Position numbers and translations under genes: made by a program. Positions 51,353-60,669 of a stretch of 64,000 nt of DNA are shown here, in pieces. Within the stretch, counting starts at the first letter, position 1, and each line of letters starts with the position of its first letter. The notes under the pieces were generated by a model. It was not told where the DNA came from and did no database searches. It worked only from the letters and a program-made list of their open reading frames with translations. This DNA comes from Nitrospinales bacterium (GTDB lineage Bacteria; Nitrospinota; Nitrospinia; Nitrospinales; VA-1): the NCBI GenBank assembly GCA_965262115.1, contig OZ253496.1:1056001-1120000 (forward strand), given 5' to 3'.

Positions 51353-52870
51353 ATGGCTGATTTCACACGCGAAGAAGTTGAAGAGAAGTTGGAGGAATAC
51401 TCCAAACTGCTTGCATCCCGAGAAGAGGAAGACGAGTTCATAGATGATGAACCCGATGAAGAAAATGAAGAAGCTGTCAGTGAGGAAGAGGAAGGTTCTG
51501 ACCAAGAGGAAGACCCCGACTCAGATGATAATCAGGAAGATGAAGCCATCGAGGAAGAAGAACCCGGTTTGGAAACTATTTTTGAGGAAAAGGACCTGTC
51601 CGGACTGGATCTCTCGGGACTTAATTTCCTCGGCATCAGCCTGAAAAAAACCAATTTAAAAAACACCAATCTATCCGAATGTACGCTCGCAGAATCGAAT
51701 TTGGACCAGGCCAATCTGGATCAGGTCAACCTCAGCGACGCAGATTTGGAAAATATTAGTTGCCTGGAAGGCGTGATGACCCGCGCCAATTTGGAAGCTG
51801 CAAACTTTCAAGGCGCCAAACTTCTGGGAACCGATTTTAGCAAATCCAATCTGGAAAGGGCAAATTTCAGAAGGTCCAAATCCATGGAAACCAAGCTGGT
51901 CCAATGTAATCTTAATGATACCGATTTCAGCAACTCAGATTTCTCGCGGACAAACCTGAAGGACGCTAAATTTACAGATAGCGACCTGAGCCGGGCCCGG
52001 TTCAATGGTGCTGACTTTGAGGGAACCGATTTCACCGATTCCCGGTTGAGCATGGGAGTCTTTTTTGAGGCAAACTTTAAAACCGCAAACCTCAATCGAG
52101 CCTTGATAAAAGGAGCGAAACTCGCGGGAGGAAATTTTTTCGGTGCCCAACTCACCCGCGCGGATATCACCGGAGCAGATCTCACCGGTGCCAGCTTTCA
52201 CAATGCAGATTTGAGCCGCGCTAAACTAAATGGTGCCATACTAAGAAGAACGGACCTTAAAGATTCGGATTTATCCGAAGCGGATTTAAATATCGCAGAC
52301 CTCACAGGGGCTAACCTGGTTGGGACAAAATTGTCCGGCGCCAATTTAGACCGCATTAAATTGAACCAGGCCAAATTAAATGGCGCGCAATTGAGTGGAG
52401 CACGGATGACCAAGGCCAAATTAACGCAAGTTGATTTGACCGGGGCAGATTTGAGTGGGGCCAACTTGACCGGGGCAGAATTAAATGAAGGTATTCTGGA
52501 GGGGGCTGATCTCAGCAGGGCAAACCTGACGGAAGCGATTTTGATAGATGCCAACTTGAAAAATGCTTTCCTGACTGGAGCTAATCTTCAAAAAGCGAAT
52601 CTGGAAGGAGTCAATCTGGAAAGCGCAGACATGGCTGGAACAAAATTGAGAAAAGCCAATTTACAGAACGCAAACTTGAAGCAGGTAGATTTACGGCGGG
52701 CTGATTTGGAATACGCCAACTTCTCCAATGCAAAGCTGAACTCGGCAAATTTTACAGGGGCTAAAATGAGCGAGGGCCTGTTCATAGGAGCCGACCTGAC
52801 AGGAACTAAAATGGACTCTGCCGATACCACGGACACCCAGTTTCAGGGAGCGATCGGATTTAAAACTTAA
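51353..52870 (+). CDS. Pentapeptide-repeat protein with acidic N-terminal region
   Basis: About 420 aa of A(D/N)LxX repeats after an E/D-rich tract. Confidence 0.92.
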   Translation: MADFTREEVEEKLEEYSKLLASREEEDEFIDDEPDEENEEAVSEEEEGSDQEEDPDSDDNQEDEAIEEEEPGLETIFEEKDLSGLDLSGLNFLGISLKKTNLKNTNLSECTLAESNLDQANLDQVNLSDADLENISCLEGVMTRANLEAANFQGAKLLGTDFSKSNLERANFRRSKSMETKLVQCNLNDTDFSNSDFSRTNLKDAKFTDSDLSRARFNGADFEGTDFTDSRLSMGVFFEANFKTANLNRALIKGAKLAGGNFFGAQLTRADITGADLTGASFHNADLSRAKLNGAILRRTDLKDSDLSEADLNIADLTGANLVGTKLSGANLDRIKLNQAKLNGAQLSGARMTKAKLTQVDLTGADLSGANLTGAELNEGILEGADLSRANLTEAILIDANLKNAFLTGANLQKANLEGVNLESADMAGTKLRKANLQNANLKQVDLRRADLEYANFSNAKLNSANFTGAKMSEGLFIGADLTGTKMDSADTTDTQFQGAIGFKT

Positions 52871-53074
52871 CCCCCGATCCCAAAATATTCCCGCCTTTAT
52901 CGGTTATCCTAAATAAATAATCCTGCGGCGCAAATATTTCAATCAAAAATAATTCCAGAATTTTGTCAAAATTTTATATCTAAAATTAGCACAATTAGCT
53001 TTGATTCTTGGCCGAAAATCGTTTATTTCCAGGCTATATTTTTCGTTAGTTTTAAATAAACCCTACAAAAAAAT

Positions 53075-53441
53075 ATGTTCAAATCTATCCTGTTAGCCAG
53101 TTTCTTCCTCTCGATGTCTCTAAATTTCGCATCTGCCAATTCACTGGAAAGCTCTTAGGATTGAGGGAGTGAAGTTTTTGGATGATATCCCCGAAGTAGA
53201 ATGGTATCGGGTGGATGGAAGAACCTTGATCATAGGGTGGAAAGGTATTCCCCACCTTTTTCCCCACACAAACCGGAAAGCTGCGAGACGGGCAGCCATA
53301 GCTACCGAAAAGGAAATCCATGTCTGGGCGGTCCGTCATAATCAGAAAAAATGGACGGTAGGCAGCGGAAAATCTCATATCTGCTCTGTTTCAGCGAAAA
53401 ATGGGCGGGTAAAAACTGATACCTGCCCTTTTTCAAAATAA
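53075..53441 (+). pseudogene. Exported hypothetical protein split by a +1 frameshift (or error)
   Basis: Signal peptide MFKSILLASFFLSMSLNFASA from 53075 joins ORF 53169-53441 if one A at 53148-53150 is removed. Confidence 0.6.
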
Positions 53442-53800
53442 ACCCTATCCTCTCCCGACTAACCTCCTTAATTTTTTCCAAGTATTTTATTATTCTTCCC
53501 TGTTTTTTTAAGACTTCGGGAAATATTTTGCATCTAAAAGGAGTATCTATAAACCATGGATCGCAAAATAAATGAAAACCCACTCTTTTTCCCATGATGG
53601 ACGTTCCAGAATGAGAGCCCGGCCCCTCACTCTTAAAGAGGTGCTCCGTTTAAGAGACGGAATGGAAATCCCCAAAACCCTGCCCTACCAGATACTAAAA
53701 ACTTCCAACAATGAAAAAATTCTACTGGCCTTAAACTAAGACTCTATTCCCTTGCATACCCACAAACCTAATACTCACTGACATCTGAAAACCCCGACCC

Positions 53801-54007
53801 ATGGAAAAACTGGAAGCTGTGCAGAAAGTGTTGCGATTCAGCAATTCCATAAGGGAATGGTGTGAAGGTGACCATGCCGTCTATTTTGATGATTTTGACG
53901 AACAAAACGTAGACAATTATGATCCCGGAGGATATGGGGATATCGCCGATGAAATTATAGAACGTGGAATCGCAGAAAACCTTCTCGAAGAGGATGAGGT
54001 GGATTGA
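53801..54007 (+). CDS. Small acidic hypothetical protein
   Basis: 68-aa D/E-rich ORF. Confidence 0.65.
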   Translation: MEKLEAVQKVLRFSNSIREWCEGDHAVYFDDFDEQNVDNYDPGGYGDIADEIIERGIAENLLEEDEVD

Positions 54008-54258
54008 CCCGCGGCGGATAAGTGCGCACTCCTTTTTTTCTGAATTCCGGGCACAACAGAATTTACTGCCAGCAAATCGCAGACCGAAAAGGCCCTCATT
54101 GGCTTTTTTCCGTCCACCCGAAAAACTTTAGTCATTAAAAAATAATTATGGCAAAATATAAGGCCCGAGTAGCTTCGGCAAGCTTCGCACATCCCTGCTC
54201 CCATTTAAAAATCCGTTGCAATAGGTACGCAGAACAAGTTATCAAGAAAAATCTTTTA

Positions 54259-54271
54259 TATCAATGTGTTA
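54259..54271 (+). promoter_or_regulatory. IHF-like binding site
   Basis: TATCAATGTGTTA matches WATCAANNNNTTR. Confidence 0.4.
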
Positions 54272-54439
54272 CGCAACTATCTCTCTTAAAAAAGTCCGGA
54301 TCTCTGTAAGGGTTTTCCATGAAACCCGACAAAAATTTAATATATAAAAGATTTTATTATAGAATAGTTCAACTAGGATGGGTTCAAAATAGCATGCCCC
54401 GGCAAGGACTGTTGCATAGTAATTCTCAGGAGATAGACA

Positions 54440-55498
54440 GTGAATAACCGCTCCAAAATTCTTCAAGACGTTCAAAACTATTACGGAAAAATTCTTAAAA
54501 CCAAAAATGACCTTCAGACCAGCGCCTGTTGTGCGGCAGACACCATGCCTGCCTACCTGCGTCCTTACCTGAAAAATATACATGCGGAAGTGCAATCCAG
54601 GTTTTATGGTTGCGCTTCCACGTTCCCTTCAAGCCTTCGTGGAAAAACCGTAGTGGATCTCGGTTGCGGTTCCGGACGCGATTGCTACTTGCTGGCTCAG
54701 TTAGTAGGCCCTGATGGCATGGTCATCGGCATCGACATGACCGATGAACAACTGGCGGTTGCAAGAAAACATATTGATTTTCATACGCAAAACTTTAACA
54801 TGGAAAAACCTAACGTCGATTTTCGCAAAGGCTGGATTGAAGACCTCACTTCGGCAAACTTGGAGGACAATTCCGTAGATGTAATTATCTCCAACTGCGT
54901 GATCAACCTGTCTCCCGATAAGGAAAGTGTATTTCGTGAAATTTTCCGGGTTCTCAAACCCGGCGGAGAGCTGTATCTTTCAGACATTTTTTCCGGACGA
55001 CGGGTGCCGGAACCCTTGACCACGGACCCGATTTTACTCGGCGAATGCCTAGGCGGTGCCCTATACATGGAAGACTTCAGGCGTATGTTGAGAAACGCAG
55101 GTTCTCTTGATTACCGGGTGGTTTCCAAAAATCCGCTCACTCTCAACAACGAGGACATCCAGCGCAAGGTCGGCATGATCGATTTTTTTTCCATGACCGT
55201 GCGTAGCTTTAAATGCGAGTTCGAAGACATTTGCGAAAACTTCGGCCATGTCACCTACTATAAAGGCAGCATTCCCGAATTCCCGCACGGGTTCACCCTT
55301 GATGACCATCATTATTTTCAGACCGGAATTCCCGTACCGGTTTGCGGCAATACCAGCAAGATGCTGAGTGAAACCCGGTTCGGCGAGCATTTTAATGTCG
55401 TTGGAGATTTCTCCACCCACTACGGACCTTTTGACTGCAATACACCCCAACCTCAAGAAGGCATCTCCTCCGCCAACGGCAACGGTGCCTGCTGGTAA
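54440..55498 (+). CDS. Arsenite methyltransferase-like (ArsM/AS3MT family)
   Basis: YYG...LQTSACC, FYGC, DLGCGSGRD, GIDMT, SNCVINLSPDK, GECLGGALY, VCGNT. Confidence 0.85.
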   Translation: MNNRSKILQDVQNYYGKILKTKNDLQTSACCAADTMPAYLRPYLKNIHAEVQSRFYGCASTFPSSLRGKTVVDLGCGSGRDCYLLAQLVGPDGMVIGIDMTDEQLAVARKHIDFHTQNFNMEKPNVDFRKGWIEDLTSANLEDNSVDVIISNCVINLSPDKESVFREIFRVLKPGGELYLSDIFSGRRVPEPLTTDPILLGECLGGALYMEDFRRMLRNAGSLDYRVVSKNPLTLNNEDIQRKVGMIDFFSMTVRSFKCEFEDICENFGHVTYYKGSIPEFPHGFTLDDHHYFQTGIPVPVCGNTSKMLSETRFGEHFNVVGDFSTHYGPFDCNTPQPQEGISSANGNGACW

Positions 55499-55539
55499 CC
55501 CGGCGAGCCGCCGGTGGCTGTAATAATTCCATCATCGAC

Positions 55540-55603
55540 TTCATGCCCCGTAGGGGTAAAATAGCAATAACTCTCTCTGGCTGATAAAAAATTTTCTCGG
55601 CTT
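55540..55603 (+). repeat. Repeat family Y hairpin followed by family X copy 4 (partial)
   Basis: TTCATGCCCCGTAGGGGTA at 55540-55558; 55564-55603 matches 17987-18026 at 32/40. Confidence 0.65.
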
Positions 55604-55612
55604 ATTAAAGAG

Positions 55613-55888
55613 TTATCGGGGTATGTCACATTCCTGCGGATTTAAGTCGTAGTTTTTATAAAGCTCACGCAAGCGCTTGCGAACCGTGATGCTGTTTTCA
55701 GAATCCTTTTTCTCCTCCCAAATCTGTTGCGCCTTGCGGGCCGCCAGAATCGCCTTGCGCCCTTCATTCAAACCGTCAAAAGCCTTGCTCATATTGAAAT
55801 AGGCGTTGGCATCCTGCGGATTTTTTTTCACCGCTTTCTTATATTCCACCAGGCCTTTCTCATAGATCGCTTTCACCACAACCCCCAA
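55613..55888 (-). CDS. Short TPR-like protein (start uncertain, may be a fragment)
   Basis: YKKAVKKNPQDANAYFNM TPR pattern. Confidence 0.6.
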   Translation of the reverse strand: MGVVVKAIYEKGLVEYKKAVKKNPQDANAYFNMSKAFDGLNEGRKAILAARKAQQIWEEKKDSENSITVRKRLRELYKNYDLNPQECDIPR

Positions 55889-56037
55889 ACAGACGATTAA
55901 TCTCCACTACAAAATAAAACTCCCCATCTTTCCTGTCAACCCCGGCAGAGAGGTGAAAATTTCATCAGGCTTTACGTCAACATATCGCGCATGTATCCTG
56001 GTTTATATTTTTCTAAGAAATTAAAGAGGATGGGTAA

Positions 56038-56304
56038 ATGGCAAGCCAGATCATCGATATTCTATGCGGTCAGTGCGGGACTTTTATGCTTCGATACCAG
56101 AAAAAAGGATCGGGACAGTTGATAAAAATTTATATCGACCGGATCGTCGAACCGGATTCTCTTGCGCGGTTAAAATCCATCACCAGCAAATCAAATCTCC
56201 CTCCATTAGCCTGCATAGAATGTGGCAACCGGATAGGACTGACCCAGGAAGGAGGAACTTACCGAATGATAAAAGGATCGTTCAGAAGAAAAGGCGTGAA
56301 ATAA
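56038..56304 (+). CDS. Small zinc-ribbon-like protein
   Basis: CGQC and CIEC pairs; GAGG RBS. Confidence 0.7.
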   Translation: MASQIIDILCGQCGTFMLRYQKKGSGQLIKIYIDRIVEPDSLARLKSITSKSNLPPLACIECGNRIGLTQEGGTYRMIKGSFRRKGVK

Positions 56305-56329
56305 ACGGGCAACCTGCACTTTTTAAAAT

Positions 56330-57175
56330 TCAAATTCTTCGGACAAAATAATGGTGCACCATTAAAGTTAAAAAATATTGAACAGCCATAACCCAGGCAA
56401 AAGAGACCAAACTGGTTGAAAGGATTCCAAGAACAGCGAACAGGGCAAGCAGAAAAAGTGGGAGGTCAAGCCCATTCCAACGCCAAAGCAGCAGCAGGAT
56501 TTTTATTTTCTCGTAGCAGGCTTGGCGTTGCTCAAAGGTCAAGTCCGGTTGCAGGTCTTGATCCCGAGCTTCCACAAGACGCAAAAAACTCCATTGGCCC
56601 CGAAAAAATAATTGCTGCGCCTGCATATAATAAAAATAAAGCACCCGCACCCCCGACATTTTAGTCCGAAGCTTTTGGCGGGTATTTTGAATTTCTCGTT
56701 CCATACCATCATAGCCATGTAATAGTAAGGTGACCAGACTCTGCTTGCAATAATCGTAAGAAATGGCCCGCACAATAATCAGTCCCGCAATGATTTTCAG
56801 GACTTGTCCGTGTTCTGGAAAACCTTTGATGAGCCCAACCACCACTGCAAGGTAGGCAAAATAACCGGCGATGCCATCAATCAACCTGCCCCATTCGCTG
56901 GCCATGCCCTTGGCCCTGGCCAACTGCCCGTCTACGCAATCCAGCACCAAAGTGACTTCCAGTAAAATTCCTCCCAGAATCATGGATGCCGGACTGGCAA
57001 AGCTGAATGCGTAACCGGAAGCAAACCCCACCAGAACAGAAAAATAAGTCACCTGATTTGGGGTCACTGGAGTGTCCTTCAAAAAAGCCACAATCTGCTT
57101 CGCAATCGGATCTTGAATATAACGATTGACCGGCTCCACCATATCTACGGGTGCGCGGCTCGATGTATCACTCAC
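56330..57175 (-). CDS. CDP-alcohol phosphatidyltransferase family protein
   Basis: VTPNQVT, LDCVDGQLAR...GRLIDGIAG; the last Asp of the family motif appears to be Gly. Confidence 0.88.
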   Translation of the reverse strand: MSDTSSRAPVDMVEPVNRYIQDPIAKQIVAFLKDTPVTPNQVTYFSVLVGFASGYAFSFASPASMILGGILLEVTLVLDCVDGQLARAKGMASEWGRLIDGIAGYFAYLAVVVGLIKGFPEHGQVLKIIAGLIIVRAISYDYCKQSLVTLLLHGYDGMEREIQNTRQKLRTKMSGVRVLYFYYMQAQQLFFRGQWSFLRLVEARDQDLQPDLTFEQRQACYEKIKILLLLWRWNGLDLPLFLLALFAVLGILSTSLVSFAWVMAVQYFLTLMVHHYFVRRI

Positions 57176-57178
57176 ATC

Positions 57179-58186
57179 CTATAACCATTTTTCCTGTTGA
57201 TACCAGTTGATCGTCTCGGTCAGTCCTCGATTCAATTCATACTGAGGTTCAAAGTCAAACGCTTTAAAAAACTTTGCCGGTGACGCAGACCATGAACTTT
57301 GCCGGATATCAATCATCCTCTGCCGATCAAACAACGCGGGCTTGGAACTGAAGCAAGCCAAAACCTCAAAGAACAAAGCTACCGGAATCAACATCCCTTC
57401 AGGAATTTTCAGGATTTTCATCCTAACATTCATAATACGTGCACACTCTTTTGCGACCTGTTCCCAGGCATGAACATGGCCGTCTGTAACAAAATAGCTA
57501 CGGCCTGCCTGTTTGGAGGGGTGGCAAGCTTGGAGCATTGCCTGAACCAGATCGGCAACATAAATCAGAGAAAGTTCTTTGCCCGCCCGGCCAATCTGCA
57601 GCCCCCATCCTTTCTGGATCAATTTGATGAAAGTAAAAAAGTTTTCTTCCCGGGGACCATACACCACCGGAGGGCGTATAACGGTAACAGGCAGTGACCC
57701 CGAGTACTGCAAAGCAATTTCTTCCCCCCCAAGTTTTGATTGCCCGTAAAAAGTCACAGGCTTGCAAGGGGTGGTTTCATCAACGAGATTGCCCTGGGTG
57801 CTGGGGCCAGTTGCCGCCAGACTGCTAAGATGAATAATGCTTTTGATCCGGCCTCCACGCTTCTGGCATTGCTCATACAAGTTTGAGCAGGCAGTGGCAT
57901 TAACTTGAAAATAGCCGGAACGGGATTTTGCCTTGGTCAGTCCTGCACAGTGGAAAATGTAGTCCAACTCTTCCAAAGGGGGGATTACAAAATCCGGTCG
58001 CGCCAGATCCACCCTGTGAAGATGAACCCTCGAAGCATCCAGCCATTTGAGGTCAGAGGATTCCCTCACCAGTCCATGAACCGTGCAACCAGAGGCCAAA
58101 AGCTGGTCTACCAGATGACTGCCGATGAAACCATTCGCGCCCGTAACCAGAGCCGTGGCCCCTTTAAGATGTGATGAGGCGTTCAT
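57179..58186 (-). CDS. Extended SDR / NAD-dependent reductase, putative ceramide reductase (CerR-like)
   Basis: VTGANGFIG, HCAGLTKA, SSLAA, YGQSK (YxxxK), RPPVVYGP; operon context. Confidence 0.75.
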   Translation of the reverse strand: MNASSHLKGATALVTGANGFIGSHLVDQLLASGCTVHGLVRESSDLKWLDASRVHLHRVDLARPDFVIPPLEELDYIFHCAGLTKAKSRSGYFQVNATACSNLYEQCQKRGGRIKSIIHLSSLAATGPSTQGNLVDETTPCKPVTFYGQSKLGGEEIALQYSGSLPVTVIRPPVVYGPREENFFTFIKLIQKGWGLQIGRAGKELSLIYVADLVQAMLQACHPSKQAGRSYFVTDGHVHAWEQVAKECARIMNVRMKILKIPEGMLIPVALFFEVLACFSSKPALFDRQRMIDIRQSSWSASPAKFFKAFDFEPQYELNRGLTETINWYQQEKWL

Positions 58187-59285
58187 AGATGCGATGTCTT
58201 TTATAAATAGTTCCCCCTATCCGGTACATCGGTTCGAGAATGCCTTTGTTATCCTCCAGCAACCAGGATATCTCACACCATTTAATCTTTTTTTCCAGAG
58301 ACAACCTGTAGATTTCGTAATAAAGCCAGGCATCAATTCCCAGCCTGCGGTATTTTTTCTTCACACCCAGCGTCAGCACCCGAAAAACATCAATTTTATT
58401 TTTCTTCCATAAGAACCAAGCCCAGCCAAAGGGAAACAGGCTTCCATCCATTCCCTTAAGCACTTGATTGACATCGGGAAGGGCCAGGGAAAAACCCGCC
58501 GGTTCGCCCTTTACTTCGGCAATCAAGCAAAATTCAGGATGTATGAAGGATTTCATTTCCCTTGCAGAAAATTCAAATTCTTTTTGAGTCATAGGAACGA
58601 ATCCCCAATTCAGACCCCACGCCGAGTTGTAGATATCCCAAAGAATGGAAATTTCTTTATCAAATCGGCTGAGATCCAAACATCTGACGGTGAAGCGATT
58701 CCTTTGTTTCAACTTTTTCGCGGCGCGCTCCAGATAATCCGGAACCTTAACAAAGTCCAGCCGTAACGCTAAAAGATCTTTGGCCTTTTGCAAACCCCAC
58801 GCCTCAAAATGTTTCCCATAATATTCTGGGTTATAGGGGATGCCAAACATGGTGGGAGAGTCAAACCCCTCTATCAGCAAGCCGCACTCATGGTTCGTCG
58901 ACAAGTTCATCGGCCCCATAAGACGGGCATGTCCTCTTTCCTGACACCATTGATAAGCCTTGTCCAGTAAAAGCCGGGAGAGACTCGGGTCATCCCCCGA
59001 CTCAAACATGCCAAACATGCCGACAGACTCTGAGTGAAGATCCTGATAGTTCCGATCATGAACCAGAGCGATCCTCCCTACCGGTGACTGGTTGTCATCC
59101 ACCGCCAGAAAAAGATCGTCTTCCGCATGTTCGAAAAACGGGTTGATGTCGGGATTCAGGAATGTTTTACGTTCCCGGATAAGAGGAGGAGTCCAGCATG
59201 GCTGGTCTTTATAAATTTTCCAGGGAAGGCGGACGAACCGATCCAAGTCCTGTCGGGTTTCAACCTTTACGAGTTTAAAACCCAT
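58164..59285 (-). CDS. Tandem-GNAT protein, putative bacterial ceramide synthase (bCerS-like)
   Basis: NPFFEH, VGRIA, FGMFES, GLLIEGF, PYNPEYY, AWGLNWGFVP, LPDVN, SWLLEDN; 2 bp downstream of the Spt-like gene. Confidence 0.78.
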   Translation of the reverse strand: MGFKLVKVETRQDLDRFVRLPWKIYKDQPCWTPPLIRERKTFLNPDINPFFEHAEDDLFLAVDDNQSPVGRIALVHDRNYQDLHSESVGMFGMFESGDDPSLSRLLLDKAYQWCQERGHARLMGPMNLSTNHECGLLIEGFDSPTMFGIPYNPEYYGKHFEAWGLQKAKDLLALRLDFVKVPDYLERAAKKLKQRNRFTVRCLDLSRFDKEISILWDIYNSAWGLNWGFVPMTQKEFEFSAREMKSFIHPEFCLIAEVKGEPAGFSLALPDVNQVLKGMDGSLFPFGWAWFLWKKNKIDVFRVLTLGVKKKYRRLGIDAWLYYEIYRLSLEKKIKWCEISWLLEDNKGILEPMYRIGGTIYKRHRIYERLITS

Positions 59286-59287
59286 TA

Positions 59288-60619
59288 TTACCTGGGGATG
59301 ATGCCGAGCTTTGTCCCCAGTTTCCTGAATGAACCAAGGACTTTGTCAAGATCCGTTTGGTCATGGGCAGAGGTATAGCTGGTCCGGATCATGGCATTGA
59401 GGGGTGGCACGACCGGCGACACCGCGACTCCGGCAAAAACACCGTCATCAAAAAGGAGCCTGTTCAAATAAAGTGTGAGGGCCTCTTCTCCTATTTTTAT
59501 GGGGACTATAGGAATAGAATTGTTAGTCACCTGAAAACCCATATCAAAAAAACCTCTTTTTATATAAGCGGTATTTTCCTGCAACTTTTTGATGCGTTCC
59601 GGCTCATTGATCATGATATCCAGACCCATAATGACCCCAGCAACCGATGCAGGCGGCAGGGCCGCAGTAAAAATAAACGCCGAGGCTTTATGGCGAATGA
59701 ACTCGGTGATCTTGGACTTTGCGGAAATAAATCCACCGATGGACCCCAGGCTTTTGGAAAACGTTCCCATATAAATATCTATTTCGTCTTCCAGATTGTA
59801 GTAGTTGGCGACACCCCTGCCACTTTCACCCATGACACCCAGGCCGTGAGCTTCATCAACCATGACGTTGGCCCCGTAGTCTTTTGCGAGTTTCACAATA
59901 GCTGGAAGGTTGGCAATATCACCGCTCATACTGAATATACTGTCGGTAATAATTATCTTGCCTTCAACATCCGAATATTCTTTTAAATAATATTCCAGAT
60001 GATCCATATCATTATGCTGATAGCGGACGGTCTTTCCCGGTGCCACCCCACACCCTTCATAGATACTGGCATGGTTTTCCCGATCCGAAAAAGCTACATC
60101 CTTTCTCCTCAGGAGACAAGCAATAGTTCCCTGATTTGCCTGGAATCCCGTGGACATGACAATGGTATCTTCTCGGCTCAAGAAAGAGGAAAGCTCCTTT
60201 TCCAGAGTCTTATGCAGATTGAAAGTACCATTGAGAAAACGGCTACCAGTACAACCGATGCCAAATTTTTCCAATGCCTCCCGAGCCGCTGAAATCACGC
60301 GAGGTTCCTGGGCCAGCCCGAGATAATTATTGGTAGAAACGGAAATGACTTGCTTCCCGTCAATGACAACATGGCATCCATCAATTTCCTGGATTTCCCT
60401 GAAATACGGATAAATCCCCAGCTCCTTGGCCTGCTCCGGGGCAAAGTAGCCAAAGCATTTTTCCAGAATCCCTTTTTCTTTACTGTTGGGAGGGCGCAGG
60501 TGGGAATTTTCAAAATCAAACTTCTTTTTCAATAAAGAGGTGATTTTACTCTTCTTTAAATGAGCAGGTTCTTCGTCGTCACTTTCAAGTTCATTGAGCA
60601 GGGTAAAAGGTTTTGTCAT
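59288..60619 (-). CDS. Alpha-oxoamine synthase, putative serine palmitoyltransferase
   Basis: YPYFR, NNYLGL, GCTGSRFLNGT, NHASI, DEAH, GTFSKS (PLP Lys), FIFTAALPP; ~50-aa N-terminal extension. Confidence 0.8.
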   Translation of the reverse strand: MTKPFTLLNELESDDEEPAHLKKSKITSLLKKKFDFENSHLRPPNSKEKGILEKCFGYFAPEQAKELGIYPYFREIQEIDGCHVVIDGKQVISVSTNNYLGLAQEPRVISAAREALEKFGIGCTGSRFLNGTFNLHKTLEKELSSFLSREDTIVMSTGFQANQGTIACLLRRKDVAFSDRENHASIYEGCGVAPGKTVRYQHNDMDHLEYYLKEYSDVEGKIIITDSIFSMSGDIANLPAIVKLAKDYGANVMVDEAHGLGVMGESGRGVANYYNLEDEIDIYMGTFSKSLGSIGGFISAKSKITEFIRHKASAFIFTAALPPASVAGVIMGLDIMINEPERIKKLQENTAYIKRGFFDMGFQVTNNSIPIVPIKIGEEALTLYLNRLLFDDGVFAGVAVSPVVPPLNAMIRTSYTSAHDQTDLDKVLGSFRKLGTKLGIIPR

Positions 60620-60669
60620 AAGTTTCTCACCAGAAATTTATAAAAAAATTTAAACCATGATCTATAGTT

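Noticed and set aside
54400..54416. Sigma-54 promoter before the ArsM-like gene
   Set aside because: GG-to-GC spacing is 11 nt rather than the required 10
59288..60619. BioF or Kbl assignment
   Set aside because: No bio or tdh neighbours; GSRFLNGT and the GNAT/SDR context favour Spt, though phylogeny is needed to exclude them
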